Source: Polyangiaceae bacterium
GTDB taxonomy: Bacteria > Myxococcota_A > Polyangia > Polyangiales > Polyangiaceae
Length of the DNA stretch: 41,832 nucleotides
Assembly (NCBI GenBank): GCA_044222475.1
Contig: JBGANF010000065.1
Span: forward strand, 1-41,832
Reading direction: 5' to 3'
Shown: positions 1 through 8,735 of the stretch, in pieces
Layout of the letters: every line of letters begins with the position of its first letter
Position numbering within the stretch: the stretch's first letter is position 1
The notes under the pieces: model-generated
Told to the model about the DNA's origin: nothing
The model's input: only the letters and a program-made list of their open reading frames with translations
The model's database searches: none
Made by a program: the position numbers and the translations under genes

Positions 1-1
1 C

Positions 2-706
2 CAGTCCTACACATGGGCATGGGACGGAACGGAATGGACGCAGTTGAGTGTCGACCCGCTCCCCAGGGCTTACGCCGTGCTACGAACGGCGGCCTATGAC
101 ACTTCAAGGCGTGCGTTCGTTACCTATGCCGCTAGGGGGCTCGCAACCTGGGAGTTCCACGTGCGGGGAGCGAGCTGCCAATCGGGTGACGATTGCTCAT
201 CGAAGATCTGTGAAGATGGTGCATGTTGCGAAACCAAGTGCGGCGGCTCGCAGGGTGACTGCATGGCGTGCTCCGTGGCGGCGGGTGCCATCGAGGACGG
301 CACTTGTGGGCTCGTGACCAACGGATTCCGCTGCGCGCCTTCGCGATGCGACGGAAACGCCTTCATAGGCCCAGCCGCGTGTGACGGCTTTCGCGAAAGC
401 TGTCCGCCGAGCACGACCACGGAGTGCGCTCCCTACCTATGCACTTCCGCCGGCTGCCCCACGGCATGCCAATCCTCGGCCGAGTGCGTCGGCGAGATGG
501 AGTGTCGTGGCGGGCGGTGCCTGCCTCCGGTTGCGGATGGCGGCGTCGACGCCGGTCTCCTACCCAACGAGTCCGCTCCGAGGTTGGCGGGTGGTGGATG
601 CACATGCACGCTCGTTAGGAGCTCTCCAACGCCTGGCGAAATCGGGCTTGCCGTCGCGACTGCGTTCTACCTCGTCCGACGGCGACGGGGACGGGGACGT
701 CGATGA
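2..706 (+). CDS. 5'-truncated surface protein: Kelch-like repeat remnant, Cys-rich region and MYXO-CTERM-like sorting tail
   Basis: The frame is open from the window edge (QSYTWAWDGTEWTQL, a Kelch-like TWxWDG repeat). A Cys-rich tract follows, then GGGCTC + hydrophobic segment + RRRRGRGRR. The stop overlaps the next ATG (ATGA). Confidence 0.75.
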   Translation, partial: QSYTWAWDGTEWTQLSVDPLPRAYAVLRTAAYDTSRRAFVTYAARGLATWEFHVRGASCQSGDDCSSKICEDGACCETKCGGSQGDCMACSVAAGAIEDGTCGLVTNGFRCAPSRCDGNAFIGPAACDGFRESCPPSTTTECAPYLCTSAGCPTACQSSAECVGEMECRGGRCLPPVADGGVDAGLLPNESAPRLAGGGCTCTLVRSSPTPGEIGLAVATAFYLVRRRRGRGRR

Positions 707-1722
707 AGTGGACATCCGTCGGTCTCTCCGTAGCGCTGTCTGGCTGCTTCTCGGATCCTGCTCCTACGCTTCCTCACGATGCCGGTCCCGACGCCCCCGA
801 GATTGAGGCGTCTCAGCCGGCCCTCGACGCCGGCAAGTGCAGCGACGCAGACGCGACCGCGTGTTCGAACTGCGGGGCGGATTGCCAAGGTACGTGCTCG
901 AGCGTCGGATGCATCACGACAATCGCGACCGGTGACTATGACTACGCCGGCCTCGCAGTGACCGAGAGCCTGGTCTACTTCGGCGTTGGCGCTGGGGACA
1001 TCAAGAACGTCACGAAGGATGGCAAAGAGAGCGCCTTCGTGACGGCCGGGGGACCACGGCCCTATGAGATTCTCATTCATGGAGACACTCTGTATTGGGC
1101 CCACGGCATCTACCCTGCGATTCGGAGGGCGCCACTCGTTGGTGGCCCGTCAACGGAGGTCGTACCGGCCACGGAGTTAGTCAGTCTTGCGGTGGATGAC
1201 GCGGCGTTGTTCTGGGGATTCACCGGAGACATCCAACGAATGCCGTTCGGTGGACTCGACGTGTATCCGCTTTCGATGGCGGGCTTCACGATGCGACACT
1301 TCGCCATCGATGCGAAGCGGATCTATTTCGCGGCCGCTACGGTCACGGGGGGAGGTGTTTTCGCCAGACCTCTGATCGGTGGGCCGCCGGTAACCAAGTA
1401 CGTCGAGTCGCCCCTCGCGGAAAGGGTCGCGCTCTCGCCGACGCGAGTCTTCTGGGCGACGAAGGATGGATCCATTCTCAGCGTCGACAAGGAGGGGGGC
1501 CCGATCGCGACGCACGTGACTGGCCTTGCTCGCGTAGTGGACCTCGAAACCGACGAGTTGAGCGTGTACTGGTCGACTCGGGATCAGAGGGTCGGAAAGG
1601 TCACGGTGGACGGGACGGTGACGTTGCTGGCGACGAACGTCATGGCCACGAACCTTGCGCTGGATGGCACGAGCCTTTACTGGACATCCAGTACTGGCGT
1701 GACGAAGCTGACTCCAAAGTAG
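703..1722 (+). CDS. Lipoprotein with beta-propeller (YWT-like/DUF5050-like) repeats
   Basis: Signal peptide with LSGC lipobox; repeated 'LAVD...LYW/VFW...I...GG' blades; ATGA coupling to the upstream gene. Confidence 0.75.
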   Translation: MKWTSVGLSVALSGCFSDPAPTLPHDAGPDAPEIEASQPALDAGKCSDADATACSNCGADCQGTCSSVGCITTIATGDYDYAGLAVTESLVYFGVGAGDIKNVTKDGKESAFVTAGGPRPYEILIHGDTLYWAHGIYPAIRRAPLVGGPSTEVVPATELVSLAVDDAALFWGFTGDIQRMPFGGLDVYPLSMAGFTMRHFAIDAKRIYFAAATVTGGGVFARPLIGGPPVTKYVESPLAERVALSPTRVFWATKDGSILSVDKEGGPIATHVTGLARVVDLETDELSVYWSTRDQRVGKVTVDGTVTLLATNVMATNLALDGTSLYWTSSTGVTKLTPK

Positions 1723-1735
1723 CAGGGAGAGCTCA

Positions 1736-2659
1736 CTAGCCAAGCACCCGATCCTGCCAGAGCAGCATCTCGTACACGCCCGGTCCGCGGTTGAAGACGT
1801 AGTCGTGCGGACCGGGTACGTCGGCGAACTCGTGGGTCACGCCCGCGCTGCGCCAACGATCGCTGAGCTTCTGGACCCACGGCTTGTAGTAGTCGTCGTG
1901 GCTCGTCGTGAGTCGGAGCGGCATGTTCGGCCGCTTCGCTCGTGCGGCGAGCGCGAGATCGGTGAGCTCGCTCAACCGGTCGTCGCCGATCGCCGGCTGA
2001 AGAGCGCCGACGACGCCGAACGTGTCGCCGCGCGTCAGCCCGATGCGAAGCGCGAGCGCACCGCCGAGCGACACGCCGTCGATCCCGGTGTGCTCCGGCG
2101 TGGTCTCGACCGGCATCTCGCGGCGGACGCGAGGCAAGAGCACTTGGGTCAAGAACGCGCCGAAGCGCTCGGGGTCTTTGTTCCCGTTGAGATCGAGATC
2201 GGGGACGTGGGGGCAGACGACGACGAGCCCGCCGAACGGGCGCGCGACGAGATCGCGGTTGGCGTTCGCGAGCCGCGTGGGATCGGACAGCCCTTGATAG
2301 TCGGCGTCGGTCAGCGGCGGTGCGCAGAGTCGCTCGATCGCGTGCAGCATCCCATAGTCGTTCGCCCAACCGAGCGCACCCGCGCGCGGCGGCTTCACCG
2401 CCTCGCCGCGTCCGTGGAGCGCGACGAGCACCGGAAATCGACCCGTGCCGTTGGCCCAACTTGGTACGACGGTCACGCACTCGGTCGACATCCCATCGAG
2501 GGACCATTGGACGAGCTCGGTCTTTCCCCGCGGGCCGGGAGTGAACGGAACCGTGCTCGGAGGCGGCGCCGGCGTGCCACCCGCATCGACGGTGACCGTC
2601 TCTCGTCGAGTGCACGCGGCGAGCCCCGCGCCGAGGACGAACCCGCGCCGCCCGATCAT
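1736..2659 (-). CDS. Alpha/beta-hydrolase (esterase family), putative Tat lipoprotein
   Basis: Start re-assigned to the ATG at 2659 (MIGRRGFVLGAGLAAC; ATGA overlap with the upstream stop). Motifs: VLVALHG, nucleophile elbow GVSLGG, C-terminal GPHD. Confidence 0.8.
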   Translation of the reverse strand: MIGRRGFVLGAGLAACTRRETVTVDAGGTPAPPPSTVPFTPGPRGKTELVQWSLDGMSTECVTVVPSWANGTGRFPVLVALHGRGEAVKPPRAGALGWANDYGMLHAIERLCAPPLTDADYQGLSDPTRLANANRDLVARPFGGLVVVCPHVPDLDLNGNKDPERFGAFLTQVLLPRVRREMPVETTPEHTGIDGVSLGGALALRIGLTRGDTFGVVGALQPAIGDDRLSELTDLALAARAKRPNMPLRLTTSHDDYYKPWVQKLSDRWRSAGVTHEFADVPGPHDYVFNRGPGVYEMLLWQDRVLG

Positions 2660-3042
2660 TCTTCGGGCGGAGTCGGGGCTTGGCCGGTCGCTTGGGTGAC
2701 GAGCTCGGTCAACGTCGGGTCGCTGGCGAGTCGCTCGCGCAACATGCTCTTCAGCGTCTCGAGCTTCGCCGGCGGCATGCCTTCGAGGTGGGCCGTCGCC
2801 TCGTTCACCTTCGCGTCGAGGTATCCGTCGAGCGAGAGGCGGCCGGCCTTCAGCTCGGCGAGGGGCGAGGGAGCGTGCACGGCATCGGCGGCTTGCGTGC
2901 CCGGGACGGCGGTCGCGCCTTCGGGCTTGTCCACCGAGAAAGCCTTCCCCGTCTCTCGAGCTTGCGTGGGCGCACCGGTGCCGCCAGCGCCACCTGCTGC
3001 CGGCGGAGCTCCGCTGCCTTTGCCGATTCGGTCGATGCCCAT
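2656..3042 (-). CDS. Hypothetical protein (disordered Gly/Ala/Pro N-terminus, helical C-terminal domain)
   Basis: GGAG Shine-Dalgarno upstream, typical codon bias, coupled to the esterase. Confidence 0.7.
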   Translation of the reverse strand: MGIDRIGKGSGAPPAAGGAGGTGAPTQARETGKAFSVDKPEGATAVPGTQAADAVHAPSPLAELKAGRLSLDGYLDAKVNEATAHLEGMPPAKLETLKSMLRERLASDPTLTELVTQATGQAPTPPEE

Positions 3043-3066
3043 CGCGCTCCTCGCTTTGTAGCACCC

Positions 3067-3555
3067 TCAGCGGATGTTGCCGATCGCCGTCTTCACCGTG
3101 TCGTGCTCGGCCTTGAGCACGTTCGACAAGGTCGAGAACGTTCGGTTCTGCGCGTTCACCTGCTCCTGAATCTGGAGGTAGTAGAGGTTCATCTCCTGCG
3201 CTTGTTGCAGCGAGCCTTCGATGCCGCCTTCGCCGGCTCCGCCGGTTCCCGTCGTCCCGCCGGACGTGCCTGCGCCAGTCGGACCCTCGGGGCGGCTCGC
3301 GCCGAGTGCGCCACCGCCGCCAGTCGCACCCATCGGACGGCTCGTCGATGCGCCGACCGCGTTTCGCAGCGCGACGGCGACGAGCGGCCCGCCTGGAAGC
3401 ACGTTCAGTGCGGCTTGCGCGCCGGCGACGAGGCCTTGCGCGCCCTTCGCGAGGACGTCGGCGAAGTTGACTCGAACGGGCGTCGGCGTCGGGCGCGGCG
3501 TGCTCTGAACGAAGGTGACGTCGGGACGGGCGGTGGAGGGGGCTTTGGTTTCCAT
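3067..3555 (-). CDS. Protein with a C-terminal T3SS needle (SctF/PrgI-like) signature
   Basis: Start at the ATG at 3555 (METKAP). The C-terminus SNVLKAEHDTVKTAIGNIR* aligns without gaps to PrgI SNTVKVFKDIDAAIIQNFR*. Confidence 0.65.
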   Translation of the reverse strand: METKAPSTARPDVTFVQSTPRPTPTPVRVNFADVLAKGAQGLVAGAQAALNVLPGGPLVAVALRNAVGASTSRPMGATGGGGALGASRPEGPTGAGTSGGTTGTGGAGEGGIEGSLQQAQEMNLYYLQIQEQVNAQNRTFSTLSNVLKAEHDTVKTAIGNIR

Positions 3556-3623
3556 GGGAGCCCATCGGCCGGCCCGAGCGCCGGTTGCGAGAAAAAGAAG
3601 GCCGGGTGCTATCGTGCGAGGCG

Positions 3624-5276
3624 ATGGGCGCGCGTACACCCGACTACCAACCGGGCCAGCTGATCCCGGGCACCATCTACAAGGTGCACCGCGTGCTCGG
3701 CGCTGGCGGGATGGGCACGGTGTACGACGTCGAGGACACGAGCGTCGGCCGGCGGTACGTCCTCAAGACGCTCCACGGCGATCTCGCCGATCGAGCCGAT
3801 CTCGCCGCGCGCCTCTCGCGCGAGGCTCGCGCTCTCGCGAAGCTGCAGCACCCGAACATCGTCGAGGTGTACACGTCCGGCACCACGCAGGACCACTTGC
3901 GCCTGCCGTTCTACGTGATGGAGCGGCTCCAGGGTCAGAGCCTCCGCGTCGCGCTCGAGCGCAAGGGTCACCTCACGCTGGAGCAGTCGTACGACATCGC
4001 GATCGATCTCCTCGACGCGCTCGACCACGCACACGAGGGCGGGATCGTCCATCGCGACGTCAAGCCGGACAACATCTTCCTCACGCGCGGTCGCGACGGG
4101 CGCGCTCTTGCGAAGCTTCTCGACTTCGGGATCATCAAGCTCAGCGGAGGGAGCACGCTCCACACCGGAGGACGGTTCATCGGCACCTTCCGCTACGCGC
4201 CGCCGGAGCAGATCCTCGGGAAGGACGTGACGCCGCAGAGCGACCTCTACTCGGCGGGTCTCGTGCTCTACGAGATGATCGCGGGTCGCGGTCCGTTCGA
4301 CGACTTCACCGGCGAGGTCGAGATCGGGAAGGCCCACATCGACGTGCCGCCGCCGCCGGTATCGCGCTTCGCGCAGGTGCCGCCGGAGCTCGATGCGCTC
4401 CTCGCTTCGGCGCTCTCGAAGAAGGCCGACCAGCGGCCGGCGAGCGCGTACGCGTTCGCCGGTGCTCTGCGCGAGCTCAAGCGCGCGCTCGTCGGGAAGA
4501 TCTCTCAGGCCAACGGCGAGACCACCGCGGCGCCCGTCGTGTCGACCGTGCCGGACACCGCGAAGGTCGGGACCGAGGTCGTGTCGCAGCGCGAGGTCAT
4601 CCCCGCGTCCGACGGTTCGACGCTGCCCGACTCTCCCGGAGCGCGCGACGGTCCGACGATGCCGGTCGCGCGCGGAGCCACCGTGCTCATGGGACCGCCG
4701 CCCGGAATGTCGGCGGCGCCGCCGACGATGGAGCCCGCTCCGCCGACTGCGCCGACGGTGCAGGCGCACGCGACTCCGGTCGTCGACCGCAACGCGGAGA
4801 CGCGCGAGGCTCGACCGATCGCAGCGCAGGCCCCTTCGAACGACACGGCGGTCCTCGCGCCCGAGCCCCCTGCGCCGCGTCCCGTGCCGGTGTCGACGGT
4901 TCCGATCCGTGAGCGGCGCGGCGCGTCGTCGTGGCCGCTGATCGTCGCAGGCGGTCTGATCCTCGCCGCCGTGATCGCCGTCGGCGGTTTCGTCGCGCGG
5001 CGCGCGTTCGACGATCGCGGAGCTTCGTCGAGCACGTCGGCATCGATCACCACCGCGGTCGTCGTGCCCACCGTCTCCGTTCCCGCCACGATCACGCCGT
5101 CCGCGTCCGCGACGGCGCCCGAAGCGCCGACCGCGAGCGCGACCGCCACCGCATCGTCGCCGGCGACGGCGTCGGCGAAGCCCACCGCGACGGCGCGGCC
5201 GTCGGTCGTACCCACGCACTCTGCGGTGCCGACGGTTAGCGCGAGCGGCCCACGCCGGCCCGGCTCGGGTCTTTGA
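3624..5276 (+). CDS. Membrane Ser/Thr protein kinase (Hanks type)
   Basis: GAGGMG, VLK, HRDVKPDN, DFG, APPE; Pro/Thr-rich linker, one TM helix, Ser/Thr/Ala-rich tail. Confidence 0.92.
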   Translation: MGARTPDYQPGQLIPGTIYKVHRVLGAGGMGTVYDVEDTSVGRRYVLKTLHGDLADRADLAARLSREARALAKLQHPNIVEVYTSGTTQDHLRLPFYVMERLQGQSLRVALERKGHLTLEQSYDIAIDLLDALDHAHEGGIVHRDVKPDNIFLTRGRDGRALAKLLDFGIIKLSGGSTLHTGGRFIGTFRYAPPEQILGKDVTPQSDLYSAGLVLYEMIAGRGPFDDFTGEVEIGKAHIDVPPPPVSRFAQVPPELDALLASALSKKADQRPASAYAFAGALRELKRALVGKISQANGETTAAPVVSTVPDTAKVGTEVVSQREVIPASDGSTLPDSPGARDGPTMPVARGATVLMGPPPGMSAAPPTMEPAPPTAPTVQAHATPVVDRNAETREARPIAAQAPSNDTAVLAPEPPAPRPVPVSTVPIRERRGASSWPLIVAGGLILAAVIAVGGFVARRAFDDRGASSSTSASITTAVVVPTVSVPATITPSASATAPEAPTASATATASSPATASAKPTATARPSVVPTHSAVPTVSASGPRRPGSGL

Positions 5277-6099
5277 TCGCCGAGGGCTCGGCGGGCGAAT
5301 CGATCAGCACGAGGCGCGCGCGATCGTCGAGGTAGGTCTCGATCCGGCGCTTGCGTCGCGCGCTCAGCCACTCGAGCAGTGTCTCGGAGTCGGTCGCGGT
5401 CAGCGCGCGCGAGCGGCGAACGATGTCGGACGCGACGTCGAGGTCGTGCACCTCGCCCAGGTGCTTCTGGAAGCGCGCGGCCGGCTTCTCGGTCGCGGCG
5501 CGCTCGGGCGGGAGCGCTGGGCCGAGGAGCTCCGACGCGTAGCGGAGGTTCTTGCACGCGATTCGAAGCTCGTGCAGCGCGACGGCGTCCTCCACCGAAG
5601 CCTCCATGTGCGCGACGACGCGCGCGTGAAGGCGCTCGTGCACGCGAAGCGCGAAGCGGTCGAGCGGCAACGGCTTGGCGCCGGGCAAGGCCAGCAGCGC
5701 GTTCAGTTTGTCGAGCGGGCGGCGGAGCGCTCCGTGACGCAGGTGGCGGTGCGCGAGCGCGCGGAGCTCGGCTTCGCGCCGCGCCCGCACGCGGCGGAAG
5801 CGAACGAAGGTGTCGCTCTCGAGCGGGGCGCCGGTCAGCGTCTCGCGGAAGACCTCTTCGTCGCGGAGAGCGCTCGTCTCGCGGTGGATGTGCGTGAACC
5901 CCGCGCGGATCGCCTCGACCTGGACGCGCAACCAGATGGGTCGCGCGATCTTGAGGAGGACGCGCATCCGTCGAACCGCGACGCGCATGTCGTGGAGGGC
6001 TTCTTCGTCTGCCGAGGCGCGTACCCGCGGCAGCGTCGCCTCGATCTCGCGCGCGGTAGCGCGAAGGAGACGGGCGAGGAACGGGCCGGCGAGCTTCAT
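5236..6099 (-). CDS. CHAD domain (polyphosphate-binding) protein
   Basis: Two 'LHxxRxxxR/K' motifs (ALHDMRVAVRR; LHELRIACKNLRY) plus QKHLGEVHD. The ATG at 6099 overlaps the rnj stop. Confidence 0.85.
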   Translation of the reverse strand: MKLAGPFLARLLRATAREIEATLPRVRASADEEALHDMRVAVRRMRVLLKIARPIWLRVQVEAIRAGFTHIHRETSALRDEEVFRETLTGAPLESDTFVRFRRVRARREAELRALAHRHLRHGALRRPLDKLNALLALPGAKPLPLDRFALRVHERLHARVVAHMEASVEDAVALHELRIACKNLRYASELLGPALPPERAATEKPAARFQKHLGEVHDLDVASDIVRRSRALTATDSETLLEWLSARRKRRIETYLDDRARLVLIDSPAEPSAIKDPSRAGVGRSR

Positions 6100-7751
6100 G
6101 ATGGCGAGTTGAACATGACGGTCACGAGGGTGACGGGTTTGAAGCCGGTCGCGTGCTCGAACGTACGGCGGACGGCGCGTCGGGTCGCCTCCGCGCGCTC
6201 GGCGCAACGCGCAGCAAGGGACGCGCTCGCGTCGACGCGCGCCGCGAGCCACGCCGCCCTTCCTTCGCGGACGGCGTCGGCGATCGCCGGGTGACCTTCG
6301 TGAACGACGCCCTTGGTCGCGACGTGGACGCGCACGTCGTCCTCGGCGACGTAGAGCGCGGTGACGGCGCACACGCCTTCCGCGGCCAGCGCGGTGCGCT
6401 CCTTGATGACGGCCTTCGGCAGCGGTTTTCCGAACGCGGCATAGCAGCGTCCGGAGGCTACCCGATCGCGCTTCGCGAGCCGACCGTCCTCGAGCGTGGC
6501 GACGTCTCCGTTCTCGAGGATGCACACCTGCTCGACTCCGACCTCGCGCGCGAGCGCGGCGTGACGCGTCAGGTGGTGCAGCGTGCCGTGGACCGGAACG
6601 AACGACTTCGGCCGCACGAGCTCCAGCATGCGCCGCTGCTCGATGCGGTGCGCGTGACCGCTCACGTGGATCCCGCGATCGCTCGCCCAGGTTCGGAGGT
6701 TGACCTCGCGGCGAAGGAGCGCGCCCATGAGCGCGTAGACCTCGGGCTCGTTGCCGGGGATCGTCCGCGCCGAGAGGATCACCGTGTCACCGGGACCGAG
6801 GTCGAGCGCCGAGTGCTCTCCGCGCGCGAGGCGAGCGAGCGCGCCCCGCGTCTCGGCTTGCGATCCGGTCGCGATTCCGAGGACGCGGTCCCGCGGGAGC
6901 TCCTTCGCGCGATCCGATGGCCATACGAGATCGCTCGGCCAATCGAGGTAGCCCGTGTCGCGCGCGACGCCCGCGTGGCGCTTCACGCTGCGACCGAGCA
7001 GCACCAGCTTGCGCCCGGTCTTCTTCGCGATGTCTCCGAGGAGGCGCAAGCGATGAACGTTGGACGCGAAGAGCGCGACCACGACCGCTCCCGTTTCGCC
7101 TTCGACGATCTTGCCGAGCACGTCGCCGACGTCCCGCTCGCTCCCGGTGGGCCCCGCAGCGTCGATGTTGGTCGAGTCGGAGAAGAGGAGGGCGACGCCT
7201 TCGTCGCCGAGCTCGCGAAATCGATCGACGTCGAACGTTTCACCGTCGGGTGGGGTCTCGTCGAACTTGAAGTCGCCGGTGTGGACGATCGTCCCGGCGC
7301 CAGTGCGGATGGCGAGCGCGGTCGCGTCGGCGATGGAGTGCGTGACCCGGATCGGCTCGACCGTGAACGGCCCGACGCGATACGTGCTCCGCGGCTTCGT
7401 CTCGATGAGCTGGGCGTGGGCGAGCACCTCGTGTTCGTCGAGGCGCTCGCGCACGAGCCCGAGCGCGTACTTCGGGCCCCACACCGGGACGTCGTGGCGG
7501 GCGAGGAAATACGGGAGCGCGCCGATGTGATCTTCGTGGCCGTGAGTCAGAAACACGCCGGCGATGCGGTCACGGTACGCGTCCAGCGCGCCGAAATCCG
7601 GGTGCACGATGTCGACGCCGAGCCCTCGATCGTCGAAGGTGACCCCGCAGTCGACCAGCATGATCTGGCCGTCCTCTTCGAGCGCGAGGCAGTTCATCCC
7701 GACTTCGCCGAGGCCACCGAGCGCGAAGGTACGAACGAGTCGAGGATTCAT
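6096..7751 (-). CDS. rnj: Ribonuclease J
   Basis: ALGGLGEVGMN, HGHEDH, HSIAD, HTGDFK, SDSTN, FASNVHR, TGSQAE, HVSGHA; start at the ATG at 7751. Confidence 0.93.
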   Translation of the reverse strand: MNPRLVRTFALGGLGEVGMNCLALEEDGQIMLVDCGVTFDDRGLGVDIVHPDFGALDAYRDRIAGVFLTHGHEDHIGALPYFLARHDVPVWGPKYALGLVRERLDEHEVLAHAQLIETKPRSTYRVGPFTVEPIRVTHSIADATALAIRTGAGTIVHTGDFKFDETPPDGETFDVDRFRELGDEGVALLFSDSTNIDAAGPTGSERDVGDVLGKIVEGETGAVVVALFASNVHRLRLLGDIAKKTGRKLVLLGRSVKRHAGVARDTGYLDWPSDLVWPSDRAKELPRDRVLGIATGSQAETRGALARLARGEHSALDLGPGDTVILSARTIPGNEPEVYALMGALLRREVNLRTWASDRGIHVSGHAHRIEQRRMLELVRPKSFVPVHGTLHHLTRHAALAREVGVEQVCILENGDVATLEDGRLAKRDRVASGRCYAAFGKPLPKAVIKERTALAAEGVCAVTALYVAEDDVRVHVATKGVVHEGHPAIADAVREGRAAWLAARVDASASLAARCAERAEATRRAVRRTFEHATGFKPVTLVTVMFNSPS

Positions 7752-7808
7752 CGAGCGAAGCGCTGGACAGTAGCACGGGCGCGGTGCTGAGATGGCACCC
7801 CCCCCACG

Positions 7809-8735
7809 ATGTCGGCCGCCTCCATCGAGAGCAAACAGTTCCTCATCGTCACCGGAAAAGGTGGCGTCGGGAAGACGACCGTCTGCGCGGCGATGGCAGT
7901 TCACCTCGCGAGCAAGGGCAAGCGCGTCCTCATCGCCATGTGCAACGCGAAGGAGCGGCTCTCCGCGATGCTCGGCAGCGAGCTCATCGGCACCGACGTG
8001 AAGAACGTCGCCCAGAACGTGTGGGCCGTGAACATGACGCCGGACTCCGCGCTCGAGGAGTACGGGATGCTCGCGCTCAAGTCGAAGACGCTCTTCACGC
8101 TGCTGTTCGACAACAAGTACGTCCGCGTCTTCTTCCGCGCGGTCCCCGGCATCCAGGAGTGGGCGATGCTCGGCAAGGCGTGGTGGCACACGACCGAGCT
8201 GGACGACCGCGGGAAGCTCGCCTTCGACGTCGTCCTCCTCGACGCGCCCGCCACGGGTCACGGCCTCGACATGCTCCGCGTGCCCAAGGTCATCGTCGAC
8301 GTCGTTCCCCCGGGCCTTTTGCGGCGCGACGCCGAGACGGCGTGGAAGATGTTCCAAGACCCGAAGAAGTGCGGCGTCGTGCTCGTCACGCTCCCGGAGG
8401 AGATGCCGGCACAAGAGACGATCGAGCTCGCCGACGCGCTCACGAACGAGCTCAAGCTCCCGATCGCGAAGATCGTCGTGAACGGCGTGATCCCGCCGCT
8501 GTTCTCCAAAGAGGAGCGCACGTCGCTCGAAGCCCTCCCCGAGACGGCCCCGGGCGAAGATGCTGGGCAGGCTGCGCTGCTCGCCGCGCGCGCCCGCGCG
8601 ACCCGCGAGCGCGTCCAATCGGAGAGCCTCGCGCGGCTCAACCGGGATCTCCCGATCGCACCGTCGTACTTCCCGCTCCTCTTCGAGGACGCCGCCCACC
8701 CGCGGGCGATTCAGGAGCTCGCCAAGAGGCTCTGA
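7809..8735 (+). CDS. ArsA/GET3-family ATPase
   Basis: GKGGVGKTT Walker A, DAPATGH switch II, VTLPEEMP..ET. The switch-I Asp position is Asn. Confidence 0.88.
   Translation: MSAASIESKQFLIVTGKGGVGKTTVCAAMAVHLASKGKRVLIAMCNAKERLSAMLGSELIGTDVKNVAQNVWAVNMTPDSALEEYGMLALKSKTLFTLLFDNKYVRVFFRAVPGIQEWAMLGKAWWHTTELDDRGKLAFDVVLLDAPATGHGLDMLRVPKVIVDVVPPGLLRRDAETAWKMFQDPKKCGVVLVTLPEEMPAQETIELADALTNELKLPIAKIVVNGVIPPLFSKEERTSLEALPETAPGEDAGQAALLAARARATRERVQSESLARLNRDLPIAPSYFPLLFEDAAHPRAIQELAKRL

Noticed and set aside
7752..7808. NrtR operator upstream of the arsA-nrtR-pncB cluster
   Set aside because: No AT-rich TTA..GT-N6-AC..TAA-like palindrome is visible here or at 9536-9565.
7809..8735. Arsenic resistance operon
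   Set aside because: Single-domain ArsA-like protein with no arsB/acr3/arsC/arsR/arsD neighbours.
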